DNA of 62,440 nt, counting the filler, from Diploschistes diacapsis (taxonomy: Eukaryota), in assembly GCA_023645945.1 (NCBI GenBank). It is 8 parts of 8 records of this genome, joined end to end, with 100 filler letters (N's around TTAATTAATTAA, not from the genome) between each part and the next. Parts side by side here need not be neighbours in the genome. Positions count along the whole stretch, not along the records: positions 57,540 to 62,440 come from JALAIB010001636.1; 7 more parts are not named here. One strand, 5' to 3'. Below, in pieces: positions 59,390-62,440 of this stretch. The first letter of the stretch is position 1. Each line of letters opens with the position of its first letter. The translations under genes were made by a program, and so were the position numbers. The notes under the pieces were generated by a model. It was not told the DNA's origin. It worked only from the letters and a program-made list of their open reading frames with translations, and ran no database searches.

Positions 59390-61824
59390 GATTTGGATAT
59401 AGCAGGTACTTCACAGCAAGTAGCCAATCAAACATGAAAATTGGAAACCCTTCGACCACTCCCTAGCCTATTCGCGCAAATGGAAAATTAATGAAGCGGA
59501 AAGTCTGAAGTCGGGATAGATAGTGCGAGAAATGCACGTAACCAGCAGCCCTTTTGGCTGAGCTACACTGACGTCTCGTGGTACAGTAGTCGCCGATAGC
59601 GACAGGACGCTAGAATTCTAGCCATCGTCCAGTGCTGATCTTACCGACGGTACGATAGAACATAGCAAACGGCACTGATAACAGCGGGCCCCACCAAGGT
59701 AGCAGTGGGATGCATATCATGCACTACAAGGGAGTAAAGAAGAGCTTGTTGAGCTCCAAAGCTGGGTGATAAGGAGGGACGGGTTGATGTTGTACTTGTG
59801 TCGCGGGAGACAAGATGGGCCGGCCGTTGCGCGATTATCGGGGTGCCGGTTATTCTGACCGTTATCTTGGTAGTATGCAAAATCGGGCGTACACACAATA
59901 TGCAGCGGAATGTTTAATTCCTCGGGGCTATATGCATACAAATCTAAGTAGCTCTCTAATTGTCGAGGCAGCTGAAGCTTAGCGTCTGTAATCTATCAAA
60001 ACTAACAGTCATAATAACCGCTACCGATTATGGAGATTGTCGGATTTACTGGGTTTAGGGAAGGCAAACTTCTACACAACTCTTTCTATCTCAATGGAGT
60101 CGGTCATCCAAATGATACGATATACATACTGAAGACATCCCAGCGGCTCTTTGGTTGGTTTATCACCTAATTCCCCGGACTTTACTAATCCTTTCGAGCC
60201 TGCAGAATTCTCGACAGCGGCCAGGAGCTCTTCGAGGGCGGGCGTTACGCTCGCAAAGCACTCGTCCCTGGAACTCACTGAATCCCAAGCCCTGATGCTG
60301 CGGCAGCACAGTACTTGAACGATACGACGCTGTCATTCCCTGATTCTGCCCTATTCCGCTCTCCCACCGTAAATCTTCTGCGATCCGGAAGGAAGAACAA
60401 AATCTTCGTTACGGATTGAGTCTCTCCAATCATATCTCAAAACTGTACGGTAGTTTAACGATGAAGACAGGATCGCCCTTGCTTCTCCGAAGAAGCTATT
60501 AACCTTTGGAGAATGGCGGCTTGGATGATCCTTGATACTTCTACTCCGAGCGAGTAGGATGCCTCGTGGGCAACTCAATTGAAAATAACCTACTAGGTCA
60601 GGGCTGAGAAGAACCAATGGGTAATCTCCCCTGGACGATGCAAGCTGAGTTATCGTGCAATCGCGAAGCTTCTGCTCGTGACCATTAACGCGTATTACGC
60701 TCTGCCACAATGTCCTATGGGGTATTTACGGACTATATGTATAGATGTGTAGGGTAGGAAGTAACTTACATGATGTAGCTAGCATATACTCCTAGAACGC
60801 GTCGAGGAGCTACCGTACATGAGGAACTACCAGTATGTGCAGTAGCGCCGGCAGCAAGTGTTCGTATTTGGCAAATTGCTTGACTTACCATATAAGTACA
60901 TGAGTAAACAGACATAATGAAAGAATAATCTTTGTAGGCATGAAAACTATAAATCGCGAAAGTGCTCGTTGGGACTTGTCTCTAGCCTTTCGGTCCCCTA
61001 ATGGTGCATTGAACGAATGGCACTTTTATGGAAGTCACTGTCGCGTCTGTGTATGATATCGGACGCTGCTTGAATAAGCGATTGATTAAACAGGCGCAAC
61101 GAAGTTTTAGCGCCAATGCTGTAGCATAAGTACGTGGGCACCGAAACGCAGGATGTGGCTCGAGAGAATCTCGTCATAACATCAAGAAAGCGTAGGAAAA
61201 CATCATAGCAATCCTACCTAGCTCTCACCTTAAATCGTCTGCTAAGGCTGATCTTTGACGTCGATACCAGAGTCTGTCATTCACATATCCGTGCTATTCT
61301 GCGCATGAGGCGGTGAGAGATGAGCTTAGGCAATCCAATAAGCACTCTGTTTTTCGTATTCGAAGATCTTTTGGGCCCGCTGAACCTTACTCCGCCACAT
61401 TGTCCACGCCATCCATCAACTGTGGGGAATGGATAACGCACCGACATTAACCACTTGGTATACCATTAGCCATAGCCCCGTAAGGCTTGAGGGTCGGGAC
61501 GGTCCATGCTGCCATCTCGGTCCAACATCCAGACCCAGAATCATGAAGTGTGGAAGCCCCAGACTGTAAGAGTATCGTGGTATCTGATCCCTCAACTGCA
61601 CTTCGCCACGGATCAAAGATTGAAGTCAGATAGATTTCAGAATTCTGTTGCCTGATGAAGCAGCATCCTGTTCAACATTGGAATGGGGAGCGATGATATG
61701 CGCTGTTATAAGTATCCTCATCCATCTCCTCTTGTCTTCAATGGCAAGCCTATCACCAAGTCCATCTCCCCACAAGATATCATCATCACCCTATAAATCC
61801 CTTCCAAACCATCACCTCACGGCA

Positions 61825-62046
61825 ATGCGTATCACAATTTCGACCGTCCAGTACCTCCTCTTCCTCAAGTGGTTGTCCGCCGCCTCCGGCAACAGTGAAA
61901 TCCCAGCTCCCACACCACTTGGACTATGCACCGAAGATGATGGGTCCGGCAGCGTCTTGCTCAGCGCCAAAGACTATAGCGAGTATGTTAAGTTCCTCGA
62001 GGCGCAACGCGCGGAAGTAAGCAAGAAACCAAAGGAGGAGCTTTGA
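61825..62046 (+). CDS. Putative 73-aa ER-lumen microprotein (signal peptide plus C-terminal KEEL)
   Basis: ggcaATG context; MRITISTVQYLLFLKWLSAASG|NSEIP...SAKDYSEYVKFLEAQRAEVSKKPKEEL*. Codon usage is coding-like. Confidence 0.6.
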   Translation: MRITISTVQYLLFLKWLSAASGNSEIPAPTPLGLCTEDDGSGSVLLSAKDYSEYVKFLEAQRAEVSKKPKEEL

Positions 62047-62440
62047 TGGGACATGAGAGGTTGAGGCTTTAAATAGGAAGGGTAGTGTGGAAGGCAGATG
62101 TGTTCTTCAACGGGCATCGTCAGGAGGTGTCAGGTGCGGCGGATCTGTATTTTAAACCCGGTAGAGAGATGGAGTCGAGTAGGGGGTAGGAAAAGGTTGC
62201 GGTTGTCGTATATGATATGCTGAATAGAGTGGTATGTCTTATTCTGCCTACTGTAAAATTGTGTAACATATTTAGTGGCGCCCTAGTGTGCATTCTGTCT
62301 AGTTTACTGTGGCTCTGCTAGGTACTTAGATCTCTATATAATTTATATACAAATACATGTCACTTATAGAAATACGTAGAACTATATAGAATTAAAAATA
62401 AAATAAATAAAATTTAATGATTATTATGGCTATAGAGATT

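Overview
Eukaryotic DNA from a filamentous ascomycete (Pezizomycotina): short GT-AG introns, fungal housekeeping genes and AT-rich tracts with RIP-type damage. The window is not one contiguous locus. Eight contigs are joined by artificial 100-bp spacers (44N-TTAATTAATTAA-44N). Contig 1 (1-27290) is gene-dense: DUF4048-like protein, NADH pyrophosphatase NPY1, a hypothetical protein, FPP synthase ERG20, glycogen synthase, a membrane protein with a probable GRAM/PH-like tail, a CRAL-TRIO protein, a frameshifted adenylosuccinate synthetase pseudogene, a sulfite-oxidase-family enzyme, TIM22 and an AA11 LPMO. The seven ~4.9-kb contigs carry samB/MUB1, an ammonium transporter, partial UTP18, a Copia remnant and LTR-like repeats, a tRNA-derived element lacking its anticodon arm, a degenerate RING ORF, a small secreted LxARD-repeat protein, a block of RIP-destroyed non-TE genes (fructosamine-kinase family, LYC1-like acetyltransferase), a SET methyltransferase, EPL1, an APC permease and a KEEL-ending microprotein. 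The best leads are the LxARD-repeat precursor, the ADE12 pseudogene, the RIP-killed gene block and the tRNA-like element. All family assignments come from motif recognition by eye; no database searches were run.
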